Below are positions 30,001 through 41,179 of a DNA stretch of 64,000 nucleotides, piece by piece. Both the position numbers and the translations under genes were made by a program. Source of the DNA: Eledone cirrhosa (taxonomy: Eukaryota); NCBI GenBank assembly GCA_964016885.1, contig OZ024743.1:306094001-306158000 (forward strand). The letters are read 5' to 3'. The notes below the pieces were generated by a model, which ran no database searches, had not been told where the DNA came from, and saw only the letters and a program-made list of their open reading frames with translations. Numbering within the stretch: position 1 is the stretch's first letter; every line of letters begins with the position of its first letter.

Positions 30001-33000
30001 GTAGTTGATGGTAGTGTGATATGTATGGTAGATCTACCAACTTACCATTGGTATTAAAGGTAGCTGATGGTAGTGTGATATGTATGGTAGAACTACCACC
30101 TTACCATTGATACTAAGATTAGCTGATGGTAATGTGAGAATGTATGGAAGATATGCCACCTTACCATTGGTATTAAGGGTAACTGATGGTAATGTGACAA
30201 TGTATGGTAGATATGCCGCCTTACCATTGGTATTAAGGGTAGCGGATGGTAGTGTGATATGTATGGTAGATCCTCCACCTTATCATTGGTATTAAGGTTA
30301 GCTGATGGTAGTGTGATATGTATGGTAGATCTACCACCTTACCATTGGTATTAAGGGTAGCTGATGGTAATGTGAGAATGTATGGTAGATCTACCACCTT
30401 ACCATTGGTATTAAAGGTAGCTGATGGTAGTGTGATATGTATGGTAGATCTACCACCTTACCATTGGTATTAAGGGTAGCTGATTTTAATGTGAGAATGT
30501 ATGGTAGATATGCCACCTTACCATTGGTATTAAGGGTAGCTGATTGTAATGTGAGAATGTATGGTAGATATGCCACCTTACCATTGGTATTAAGGGTAGC
30601 TGATGGTAGTGTGATATGTATGGTAGATCTACCACCTTATCATTGGTATTAAGGTTAGCTGATGGTAATGTGAGAATGTATGGTAGATCTACCACCTTAC
30701 CATTGGTATTAAGGGTAGCTAATGGTAATGTGAGAATGTAGGTAGATCTTCCACTTTCCCATTGTATTAAGGGTAGCTGATGGTAGTGTGATATGTATGG
30801 TAGATCTACCACCTTACCATTGGTATTAAGGTTAGCTGATGGTAATGTGAGAATGTATGGTAGATCTACCACCTTACCATTGGTATTAAGGGTAGCTAAT
30901 GGTAATGTGAGAATGCATGGTAGATCTCCCACTTTCCCATTGTATTAAGGGTAGCTGATGGTAGTGTGATATGTATGGTAGATCTACCACCTTACCATTG
31001 GTATTAAGGGTAGCTAATGGTAATGTGAGAGTGTATGGTAGCTCTCCCACCTTACCATTGGTATTAAGGGTAGCTGATGGTAGTGTGATATGTATGGTAG
31101 ATCTACCACCTTACAATTGGTATTAAGGGTAGCTAATGGTAATGTGAGAATGTATGGTAGATCTACCACCTTACCATTGGTATTAAGGTTAGCTGATGGT
31201 AATGTGAGAATGTATGGTAGATCTACCACCTTACCATTGGTATTAAAGATAGCTGATGGTAGTGTGATATGTATGGTAGATCTACCACCTTACCATTGAT
31301 ATTAAGGGTAGCTAATGGTAATGTGAGAATGTATGGTAGATCTCCCACCTTACCATTGGTATTAAGGTTAGCTGATGGTAATGTGAGAATGTATAGTACA
31401 TCTACCACCTTACCATTGATATTAAAGGTAGCTGATGGTAATGTGATAATCTATGGTAGATCTACAACCTTACCATTGGAATTAAAGGTAGCTGATGGTA
31501 ATGTGAGAATGTATGGTAGATCTACCACCTTACCATTGGTATTAAAGGTAGCTGATGGTAATGTGAGTATGTATGGTAGATCTCCCACCTTACCATTGGT
31601 ATTAAGGGTAGTTGATGGTAGTGTGATATGTATGGTAGATCTACCACCTTACCATTGGTATTAAAAGTAGCTGATGATAATGTGAGAATGTATGGTAGAT
31701 CTCCCACCTTACCATTGGTATTAAGGGTAGTTGATGGTAGTGTGATATGTATGGTACATCTACCAACTTACCATTGGTATTAAAGGTAGCTGATGGTAGT
31801 GTGATATGTATGGTAGAACTACCACCTTACCATTGATATTAAGATTAGCTGATGGTAATGTGAGAATGTATGGAAGATATGCCACCTTACCATTGGTATT
31901 AAGGGTAACTGATGGTAATGTGACAATGTATGGTAGATATGCCGCCTTACCATTGGTATTAAGGGTAGCGGATGGTAGTGTGATATGTATGGTAGATCCT
32001 CCACCTTATCATTGGTATTAAGGGTAGCTGATGGTATTGTGAGAACGTATGCTAGATCTACAACCTTACCATTGGTATTAAGGGTAGCTAATGGTAATGT
32101 GAGAATATATGGTAGATCGACCACCTTACTATTGGTATTCAGGTTAGCTGATGGTAGTGTGATATGTATGGTAGATCTACCACCTTACCATTGGTATTAA
32201 GGGTAGCTGATGGTAATGTGAGAATGTATGGTAGATCTACCACCTTACCATTGGTATTAAAGGTAGCTGATGGTAGTGTGATATGTATGGTAGATCTACC
32301 ACCTTACCATTGGTATTAAGGGTAGCTGATTTTAATGTGAGAATGTATGGTAGATATGCCACCTTACCATTGGTATTAAGGGTAGCTGATTGTAATGTGA
32401 GAATGTATGGTAGATATGCCACCTTACCATTGGTATTAAGGGTAGCTGATTGTAATATGAGAATGTATGGTAGATCTCCCACCTTACCATTGGTATTAAG
32501 GGTAGCTGATGGTAGTGTGATATGTATGGTAGATCTACCACCTTACCATTGGTATTAAAGATAGCTGATGGTAATTTGAGAATGTATGGTAGATCTCCCA
32601 CCTTACCATTGGTATTAAGGGTAGCTAATGGTGATGTGAGAATGTATGGTAGATCTACCACCTTACAATTGGTATTAAGTGTAGCTAATGGTAATGTGAG
32701 AATGTATGGTAGATCTCCCACCTTACCATTGGTATTAAGGGTAGCTGATGGTAGTGTGATACATATGGTAGATCTACCACCTTACCATTGGTATTAAGGG
32801 TAGCTGATGGTAATGTGAGAATGTATGATAGATCTACCACCTTACCATTGGTATTATGGGTAGCTGATGGTAATGTGAGAATGTATGGTAGATCTACCAC
32901 CTTACAATTGGTATTAAGTGTAGCTAATGGTAATGTGATATGTATGGTAGATCTACCACCTTACCATTGGTACTAAGATTAGCTGATGGTAATGTGAAAA

Positions 33001-34745
33001 TGTATGGTAGATATGCCACCTTACCATTGGTATTAAGGGTAGCTAATGGTAATGTGAGAATGTATGGTAGATCTACCACCTTACCATTGGTATTAAGGTT
33101 AGCTGATGGTAATGTGAGAATGTATGGTAGATCTACCACCTTACCATTGGTATTAAAGGTAGCTGATGGTAGTGTGATATGTATGGTAGATCTACCACCT
33201 TACCATTGATATTAAGGGTAGCTAATGTTAATGTGATAATATATGGTAGATCTCCCACCTTACCATTGGTATTAAGGTTAGCTGATGGTAACGTGAGAAT
33301 GTATGGTAGATCTACCAATTTACCATTGGTGTTAAAGGTAGCTGATGGTAGTGTGATATGTATGATAGAAGTACCACCTTACCATTGGTATTCAAGGTAG
33401 CTGATGGTAATGTGAGAATGTATGGTACATCTACCACCTTACCATTGGTATTAAAGGTAGCTGATGGTAATGTGAGAATGTATGGTAGATCTACCACCTT
33501 ACCATTGGTATTAAAGGTAGCTGATGGTAATGTGAGAATGTATGGTAGATCTACCACCTTACCTTTGGTATTAAGGGTAGCTGATTGTAATGTGAGAATT
33601 TATGGTAGATCTACCACCTTATCATTGGTATTAAGGGTAGCTGATGGTAATGTGATAATGTATGGTAGATCTCCCACCTTACCATTGGTATTAAGGTTAG
33701 CTGATGGTAATGTGAGAATTTATGGTAGATCTCCCACCTTACCATTGGTATTAAGGGTAGCTGATGGTAGTGTGAGAATGTAAGGTAGGTCTACCACCTT
33801 ACCATTGGTATTAAGGGTAGCTAATGGTAGTGTGATATGTATGGTATATCTACCACCTTACCATTGGTATTAAAGGTAGCTGATGGTAGTGTGAGAATGT
33901 ATGGTAGATCTACCACCTTACCATTGGTATTAAAGTTATCTGATGGTAATGTGAGAATGTATGGTAGATCTCCCACCTTACCATTGGTATTAAGGGTAGC
34001 TGATGGTAATGTGAGAATGTATGGTAGACCTACCACCTTACCATTGGTACTAAGGTTAGCTGATGGTAACGTGAGCATGTATGGTAGATCTACCACCTTA
34101 CCATTGCTATTAAAGGTAGCTGATGGTAGTGTGATATGTATGGTAGATCTACCACCTTATCATTGGTATTAAGGGTATCTGATGGTAATGTGAGAATGTA
34201 TGGTAGATATGCCACCTTACCATTGGTATTAAGGGTAGCTGATGGTAGTGTGATAATGTATGGTAGATCTACCACCTTACCATTGGTATTAAGGTTAGCT
34301 GATGGTAATGTGAGAATGCATGGTAGATCTACCACCTTACAATTGGTATTAATGTTAGCTGATGGTAATGTGAGAATGTATGGTAGATCTACCACCTTAC
34401 CATTGGTATTAAGGTTAGCTGATGGTAATGTGATATGTATGTTAGATCTACTAACTTACCATTGGTTTTAAGGTTAGCTGATGGTAGTGTGATATGTATG
34501 GTAGATCTACCATCTTACCATTGGTATTAAGGTTAGCTGATGGTAGTGTGATATGTATGGTAGATATGCTACCTTGCCATTGGTATTAAGGGTAGCTGAT
34601 GGTAGTGTGATATGTATGGTAGATATACCGCCTTATCATTGGTATTAAGGGTAGCTAATGGTAGTGTTTTAATGTAGATCATTCAGTTTACCATTACTAT
34701 TAAGTGTAGCTGATGGTAGTGTGACAATGTAGCATAGAACTCCCA
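1..34745. repeat. Tandem satellite DNA, 59/60-bp monomer (60-mer TACCACCTTACCATTGGTATTAAGGGTAGCTGATGGTAATGTGAGAATGTATGGTAGATC; the 59-mer has ...GGTAGTGTGATATGTATGG...)
   Basis: The monomer is visible on every line from the window start and degenerates over ~34,440-34,745. A 20-aa periodicity appears in ORFs on both strands. The array runs off the left edge of the window. Confidence 0.99.
9165..26094. repeat. 8,459-bp direct tandem duplication inside the satellite (about 9165-17635 and 17624-26094)
   Basis: ORF pairs have identical translations at a constant 8,459 offset (9274/17733, 10542/19001, 13878/22337, 17108/25567). Rare variants such as AATGTAAGGT...TATTAGGGGTAGCTGGTGG recur at the same offset. 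Confidence 0.93.
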
Positions 34746-35133
34746 GGTAGGTTACCAAAACAAATCCCTCTAAACAAATACTTGTGCATAGAGTCAATCC
34801 TTATTTTTCTGTAGAAATTTGCTCATAAAAACTCACATTATACTTGAGTATATATAGCAATATCTAAAACACACAATGATATAACTTTGAAATGAAAAGA
34901 AATCAAAGAGCCATGTTTTCTACATTCACAGCTTGAAGATGATATTTCCATTAACATTGGTTTATGGTGATACCAGAAAAGAATTTAATTTCACGTAGCA
35001 GTATATCTAGAGCTCTTAGCATGGTAAAGCCCAAAGACCTTATCTTCATGTAGTGTATCTATGGAAGAGGTGAAAGACTTTAACTTCATTTCATGTATAG
35101 TGAGATCTCAAGATGTATCTATCATATCCCACC

Positions 35134-35390
35134 ATGGCGGCCCGCATGCGGAGACAGTACTGTGAAGTGGGGTGGTTGTTGCAGCGAGTATCTCTCACCA
35201 TTGTTCGTGGTAACACCTTTGTCATTTTCTCCATGGGGCGCGGTCAAGCCAGTGCTTAGGTTGGGGTGTAGAATCAGTCTCTCCTCCTCTCCCTTTCTTT
35301 CATTGCTTCATTCTTTTTCTTTTCTTTTCATTTCCTTTTTTTCTCTTCCTTTTTTGTCCCCTTTAATACTGTGTTTTGTTTTTATTAGAC
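35134..35390 (+). mobile_element. 3' fragment of a CRE-clade (RLE) non-LTR retrotransposon
   Basis: 35134-35259 translates to MAARMRRQYCEVGWLLQRVSLTIVRGNTFVIFSMGRGQASA*, matching the QRxSxxxxRGN C-terminal motif of CRE-like ORFs. A pyrimidine-rich putative 3' UTR follows. Confidence 0.7.
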
Positions 35391-35451
35391 ACTGCTCAAT
35401 TATATCTATACATTGTCAAGATTTTTCATGTCTCTGTGAGATTTTGAATAT

Positions 35452-35463
35452 TGGTGGTGGTGC

Positions 35464-35540
<77 letters not shown>

Positions 35541-35550
35541 TAGCTAGTAG
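35452..35550. repeat. (GGT)n/(AGT)n microsatellite
   Basis: Direct inspection. Confidence 0.95.
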
Positions 35551-35669
35551 TGATAGAGAAATATGTCCAATGATAGATTAGGGTAATGCTGATCCAAGAT
35601 GAGTAGAAATAATTGTATTATATGAGAAATGATTTTCTAGAGGTCAACAGAAACATCTCTCTAGTGGGA

Positions 35670-35801
35670 GAGTGAGTAGGGAGAGAAAGAATGAAAGAGA
35701 GAGATGGAGAGGGAGAGAAAGAATGAGAGAGAGAGAGGGAAAGAGGAAGAGAAATTTAGTGAGAAAGAAACATATTCACATATCCATGCATACACAACCT
35801 G

Positions 35802-35836
<35 letters not shown>

Positions 35837-35855
35837 ATGTAGGTATACATATCTT

Positions 35856-35924
<69 letters not shown>

Positions 35925-35930
35925 GCGCGC
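35670..35930. repeat. GA-rich tract and compound (TA)n/(CT)n microsatellites
   Basis: Direct inspection. Confidence 0.9.
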
Positions 35931-36164
35931 GCATACATACATTCATGCATACCTACATACAAACACATGCATAAATACACACATACACCAAAGATATCTT
36001 TCAACTTAGTTCGTATTGAGTGGCAGCATATAGCCCACATACACTTTACGCATATACAAGACATAGCACACATGCACACACATCAACTATCCCCATCACA
36101 AATAGTAAGCATTAGAGGAGACATCATACAAGAAAAAGAAAACACAACCACCGCCACTAGTAAC

Positions 36165-36228
<64 letters not shown>
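36165..36228. repeat. Compound (AGT)n(AGC)n microsatellite
   Basis: Direct inspection. Confidence 0.95.
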
Positions 36229-36229
<1 letters not shown>

Positions 36230-36647
36230 TAGTGTAGCAGTTAATGTATATGTGAATATACGGTTTATTAATGCAGAGAACAAATTGTATTGTCTTCGTA
36301 CAAATTTACTGTCTTTAATTCAGTGGAGTATTTGACTTGTGGCCAATACTGTATCAGACACACACCTACAGTAACTGGACGTTACATTCCCTATATATAT
36401 ATATATATATAGATAGATATATAGGAATTCAGTCCACGCTTTGCTATTTTCTATCCACTGAATTATTTTTGTATAAGTTCCCAGAGTCCACGCTTTGCCT
36501 GGAAACTTAGTTGCGAATAGACTTCCCTGACGACGAAAGGCTTCTCTGTATTTTCTTCGGAAAGTATATTTATTCCCTTTCAGAAACTAATTAGTTGGGA
36601 GTGAAATTTTAGTAAGTAAGTTAATTTTATAATTTTCTTATTTTACG

Positions 36648-36699
<52 letters not shown>

Positions 36700-36702
36700 A
36701 CA

Positions 36703-36730
<28 letters not shown>

Positions 36731-36734
<4 letters not shown>

Positions 36735-37013
36735 AGGATAACAGTAAGAAAGATGCTGATATTCCATAAATCGTTTATTCATAATATTTATTTCAATGGT
36801 TCTCTCATGCAATCCAAGATGTAATTCATGCATTTGTTGTTATGAGAACGATATCCTCAGATGAAATTGGATTTTGTGATATGCCACAGGCAGAGAATAC
36901 ACGTCCTTCTGTTGGTGAACCCGGTAATCATATGCATGAGAGAACCGTTGAAATAATTATTATGAATAAACGATTTATGTAACATCAGCATCTTTCTTAA
37001 TGTCATTTTTATA
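36731..37013. mobile_element. Fold-back element with ~80-bp inverted arms (36731-36811 / 36933-37013), probably a Penelope-like pLTR remnant
   Basis: TAAGAAAGATGCTGAT...TCTCTCATGCA is the reverse complement of TGCATGAGAGA...ATCAGCATCTTTCTTA. A hammerhead-like core lies on the minus strand and (TA)n flanks the left end. Confidence 0.65.
36778..36865 (-). ncRNA. Degenerate minimal type I hammerhead ribozyme motif with long stem II
   Basis: Minus strand reads TTCAT-CTGAGGA-[..GTTCTC...GAGAAC..]-GAAA-T-AAAT-A-TT-ATGAA, giving stem I TTCAT/ATGAA. The base of stem II is mismatched. Confidence 0.55.
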
Positions 37014-37096
37014 CTGAATCTCCATCATAACTACAAGCTACCAATGTAGAGAGCTCTCTCCTGCTTGCTCCTATTTTTACCAAAACAATCTCTACT

Positions 37097-37214
<118 letters not shown>

Positions 37215-37229
37215 AGATGATGTTCTATG

Positions 37230-37498
37230 AGATTTGCTCATAGAAAGTTCAACTCCGAAGGACTAGTATGGGCAAAATTGTCTGTGAAAGACCATTAGTT
37301 ACCCATGCATACCAGTCTTCCCTCTCCACGCCACCGATGTTGTCCAAAGAAAAGTCAATGGCTGTTACAGTTTGGCGCAAGTGACGACATAAGACATTTC
37401 CACAGCAGAATGAGCTGGAGCAAGGTGAAATAAAGCCAGGAATCAAACTCACAACCTCCTAACTGCAATCTCAACGCTCTTCCACTAAGTCATGCACC
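37230..37498 (-). mobile_element. tRNA-derived SINE with CORE-like body
   Basis: Minus-strand head GGTGCATGACTTAGTGG (A-box-like) ... GAGTTTGATTCC (B-box-like). Its CTTTATTTCACCTTGCTCCAG segment is shared with the copies at 48.6 kb and 51.6 kb. Confidence 0.7.
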
Positions 37499-37500
<2 letters not shown>

Positions 37501-37569
<69 letters not shown>

Positions 37570-37571
37570 AC

Positions 37572-37637
<66 letters not shown>

Positions 37638-37640
37638 GCG
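37501..37640. repeat. (CA)n microsatellite
   Basis: Direct inspection. Confidence 0.95.
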
Positions 37641-37977
37641 AACAACGCACATGTATACTTTCACATAGAGATCAACATCATCCTCATCAACGCTGCATCA
37701 ACTGCCTCCAACTCTGGCGGTCATCGGCGCAGATACAGACGTTGATTTATGCATGGACACTGGTCTTTACAGAGTCTGTGGTTGTCAACTATCCCCACCA
37801 TCGTGATGACATGAATATAAGTGTCTATTCTACAGACATATACTTTTCTTCATCAGTAACTTTAGAAGAGTGAACCTGAAACAACATTGCCACCATATAT
37901 ATTATGTATGTGTTTCACTGATGTAACTTGAGTGAAAAATTACGTCTTATTTTTCTTTTTTCTAGGATGAAGCTGAT

Positions 37978-38210
37978 TCAGCAACCCAGCTTGATACCCG
38001 AAATAGGTAGCACCAGCAATTATCACTGCCATTACCAAGAGGAAGGCAACAACAGCAACAGTGACAATAACAACGACCCCACATCTTCGGTGAAAAAAGG
38101 TATTCGAGCCCCAGCAACCAGCCTGGCAGCCGAAATAGGTATCGATATCAACTGCCACTACCATTAACAAGAGGAAGGATACGACAGCGGCAGTGACAAT
38201 AACAACAACA
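37978..38210. repeat. Diverged direct repeat, two ~100-bp copies ~133 bp apart
   Basis: CAGCAACC...CCGAAATAGGTA...CAAGAGGAAGG...CAGTGACAATAACAAC occurs twice. Confidence 0.75.
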
Positions 38211-38279
38211 ACATATATGTGAATACACCAACATCTTACCACCAATCACTATCACCACAAGCGTAAGCCAACTCCAGCA

Positions 38280-41027
38280 TAGCGCTGCCGACAGTTTTTT
38301 TCAAAACGTACAGAATCTGACCAAAACGTACAGTATTTTACTAAATCCCCCAATTACAATCAAAAACACTCTATTTATACATATTTCTGAAGTTAACAAC
38401 ATTTATTGACAATTTAAACATAAGGGCATCAAAAGAAACGTCATCTTCCTGAGCAGATTCTCTGATTCTCTGTTGTACCAATTTTTTTCAAATAATGCTT
38501 TGCAAAGATGTTCATCGGGCTCCCACGTCGTGCAGTCGGCATGTCGCAACAAATATTTCGACCAAACAAGAGCGTTAAGAGTGGAAGTTTTCAAACAATT
38601 TCGATTCTTTGTTTTAATAGAGTGGAGAACAGAGGAAATTCTTTCAGCCGCTGCGAAGGAGTAGGGTAAAGAAAGAAGACGAAGCATAAGAGATGACAGC
38701 AGAGGGTAACGGTTCTCGTCGCCACACTTCTCTTGTGAGACAGCAAACCAAAATTTTTCTGGATCGTTGTGCGGGATGAAGAAAGAACCTTGAATCGTCA
38801 GGTGGCGCCATTCCTGATTTATCTCTTCGTAATCTTTCTCATCACAAAGACTTGGAAATCGCATAACAAGTGGAATTATTGACCTCGGCCTTCCCTCCAT
38901 CACGTTAGTTGGGTCTAACGCCTCAAGTAGTTCCAAATTGTTCTGCATATTGCAAGACAAAAACCACATTAGCATTTGGTTTGAAAGACAATCAAAGAAT
39001 CATAGTATATTCTGTCGGAAGGTCAGCAATTCATCAAGGACAATGGTGGTAGAATTGTCGTGTAAAATGCTCTCAGCTACAACACCAAAGTAGATACGAT
39101 CTAATGGTTGATGTGCCGTTCAATCGTTGACATTAATCTCACACACATTGGTGACAGAAAGTAAATCAAGTTTAATGAAATTGCTCAAAATTCCCTTCAT
39201 TCCAGCGTTGATTGCTCTTTTGAGTTTATGCATCCGATAGCTTTCGGCCTGGAATTCCAGATTAAGTTTGTTGACGTCGTTTAAAATAAAAGATAGAAAT
39301 GCAAAATACATCTTTGTAAGAGGATTCTTCATTTCAGTGAGAATTCTTCGAGCCGTAGACGGACACCCATCTTCTAATGTTGCTTGGGTGAAATATGCCA
39401 GCAATGCTGACCACTGCTCTAAAATGCGCTCCACAACTTGCTTGAGAGACAGCCACCTCGTGCAGCTTGCATGCAGGATTTTGTGAGGATCAATTGAAGC
39501 TATTTTCTGCAGACTTTTGTATTCATTGATCCGCTTAGGACTGTGACTAAAGTATGCATAAATACTTCTTGTCAATTCTTCCACGGAATTTGGTAATTCA
39601 TTGCATGCTTTTGATGAACATAATGAATGAACGTAATGAATGACAAACACAGGCTTGCACAAGTGGATCTGGTCTCGTCTATTCAACAAATGCTGGACGC
39701 CTCCTTTGCTGCCCATCATAACACTCGCATTATTACAGGCGAAACCTATCAAATTTTCCAAAGCAATAGCGTGTTCGTTGAAAAACAATAGAAGACAGTT
39801 GTAAATACCCACAGCACTGCAATCATTTATTTCTATAAGCGTTAGAAAATCGTCGACAGTCTTTTGAATTTCAACGTTGTAATATCTGGATACAAGGACG
39901 AGTTGTTTAAGTGTTGCAACATCAGTTGTTTCATCGATGATGAGGGAGAATTTTGTCGAATGAAGCTTCTTTAATAAAGTGTTGAAGCCATAGGGGCCGA
40001 TGACGTTTGAAAAGATGGATGTGCCTTTTGTTCTGGCACACTTCACATCCTGGGCGATTTTAGAATCAGGACAGGCGTTTACAACAAGGCCAGGCAAGTG
40101 GTACAAAATAGAGATGGGTGGATTATGCTCAGCAACAAATGCACAGTACTTTAATTCAGCAGATACTACTTTCCTGGAGTGTGAAGAAAACGAAGAGGCT
40201 TGGATAAAATTTGTCAATTTCGTTGCTTTGTTCGCTTCTTTTACATTCTTGCGGTGCTTTTCTGTCTGCTCATGTCGTAAAATTTGACTCAAACTGCCGG
40301 CAATTTAACATTTGCAAAATATGTATTTGCCTTTAGTTGTATCGTTCTTGCCCACTTCCAACCAAGAAGAAAATTTTTCATCGTACAACAATTTGGACGA
40401 AAGCTTCCTTTCATACGATGCTCATCTAGCCTTCTTCTTATCTGCTGCTTTATGTTCGTTATCTGAAGAATGTTCTCGTTTCACAGTTCTATCACTCATA
40501 TCTGGTTCAAGTTAGTTCTATACGATATATTTGAATTAATTAAACTATTAAAAACATCACATACCGTTTACACTGTAGGTTATAAGAATTCTGCTTTTGT
40601 GTTCAGACTGATACGGTGTGGTTGTATGAATTAGCTCTGTAAAATTAAATCTAATCTATCAAACTTTTGAAAAATAATTCACGCACCTTTTACACCAGTT
40701 TGTGAGAAAAATTCCTGCGTTATGACAGATATGGCGTGACAAACTGGACATATACTTCCCTCAAATTTACAGACGCCCTTGATCTCATAAGTCAACGCGC
40801 GCTTGCAAAGCACAAGTCTCGTCTGCATTCTCGCGTGCTTTTATTTTTGTGATGCTCCGAAACGCGCGTATGTGAAAATGCACTCGATCAATGCGTCAAA
40901 ACATGAATTTTATAAACCGATGGCAAGATCACTAAAACGTACAACAAATTCGTCCGAACGTACAGCACATCAAAATTTTGAGCAAAACGTACAGTTTTGT
41001 ACGAACGAACAGTCATCGGCAGCGCTG
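38280..41027 (-). mobile_element. hAT-superfamily DNA transposon, ~2.75 kb, both ends present
   Basis: 12-bp TIRs TAGCGCTGCCGA (38280-38291) and TCGGCAGCGCTG (41016-41027), subterminal AAAACGTACAG-type repeats at both ends, and an internal transposase. No matching 8-bp TSD was seen. Confidence 0.88.
38403..40500 (-). pseudogene. Disrupted hAT transposase (ZNF862-like)
   Basis: Motifs FSLIIDETTD, GFACNNASVMMG, TRWLS and the hAT C-terminal LLSLPYSFAAAERISS are present. The frame is split into ORFs 39120-40292 and 38403-38975, and the N-terminal zinc-finger region is interrupted by a stop. Confidence 0.88.
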
Positions 41028-41179
41028 CTATATATATCAGTGACAATAACAACCTTTGGGTCATTCCGCTGTACATTCTTCATCCATCATTCATTTATTT
41101 ATTTACTAACTTTCTACTTTCGTGTGTGTCTCCCTCCATGCACCCCCCTTCTCTTTTATTTTGTCTTCTCTCGCCTCCA

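Noticed and set aside
238-34471. About 200 short ORFs as genes, or an LRR-like protein
   Set aside because: They are translations of the monomer broken by frequent 59-bp units, and they do not match an LRR consensus convincingly.
1-34745. CRISPR-like array (palindromic repeats at a regular period)
   Set aside because: There are no unique spacers, the whole monomer repeats, no cas genes are present and the context is eukaryotic.
1-34745. Hammerhead-containing satellite (CTGATGG/CTGATGA with GGTAG...CTACC pairing)
   Set aside because: The consensus has CTGATGG, no GAAA and no stem II. The CTGATGA variants still lack the rest of the core.
1-34745. Telomeric repeat (TTAAGGG resembles TTAGGG)
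   Set aside because: At most one imperfect copy per monomer, never tandem.
36527-36545. Hammerhead at CTGACGACGAAA
   Set aside because: There is no room for stem II and no supporting stems.
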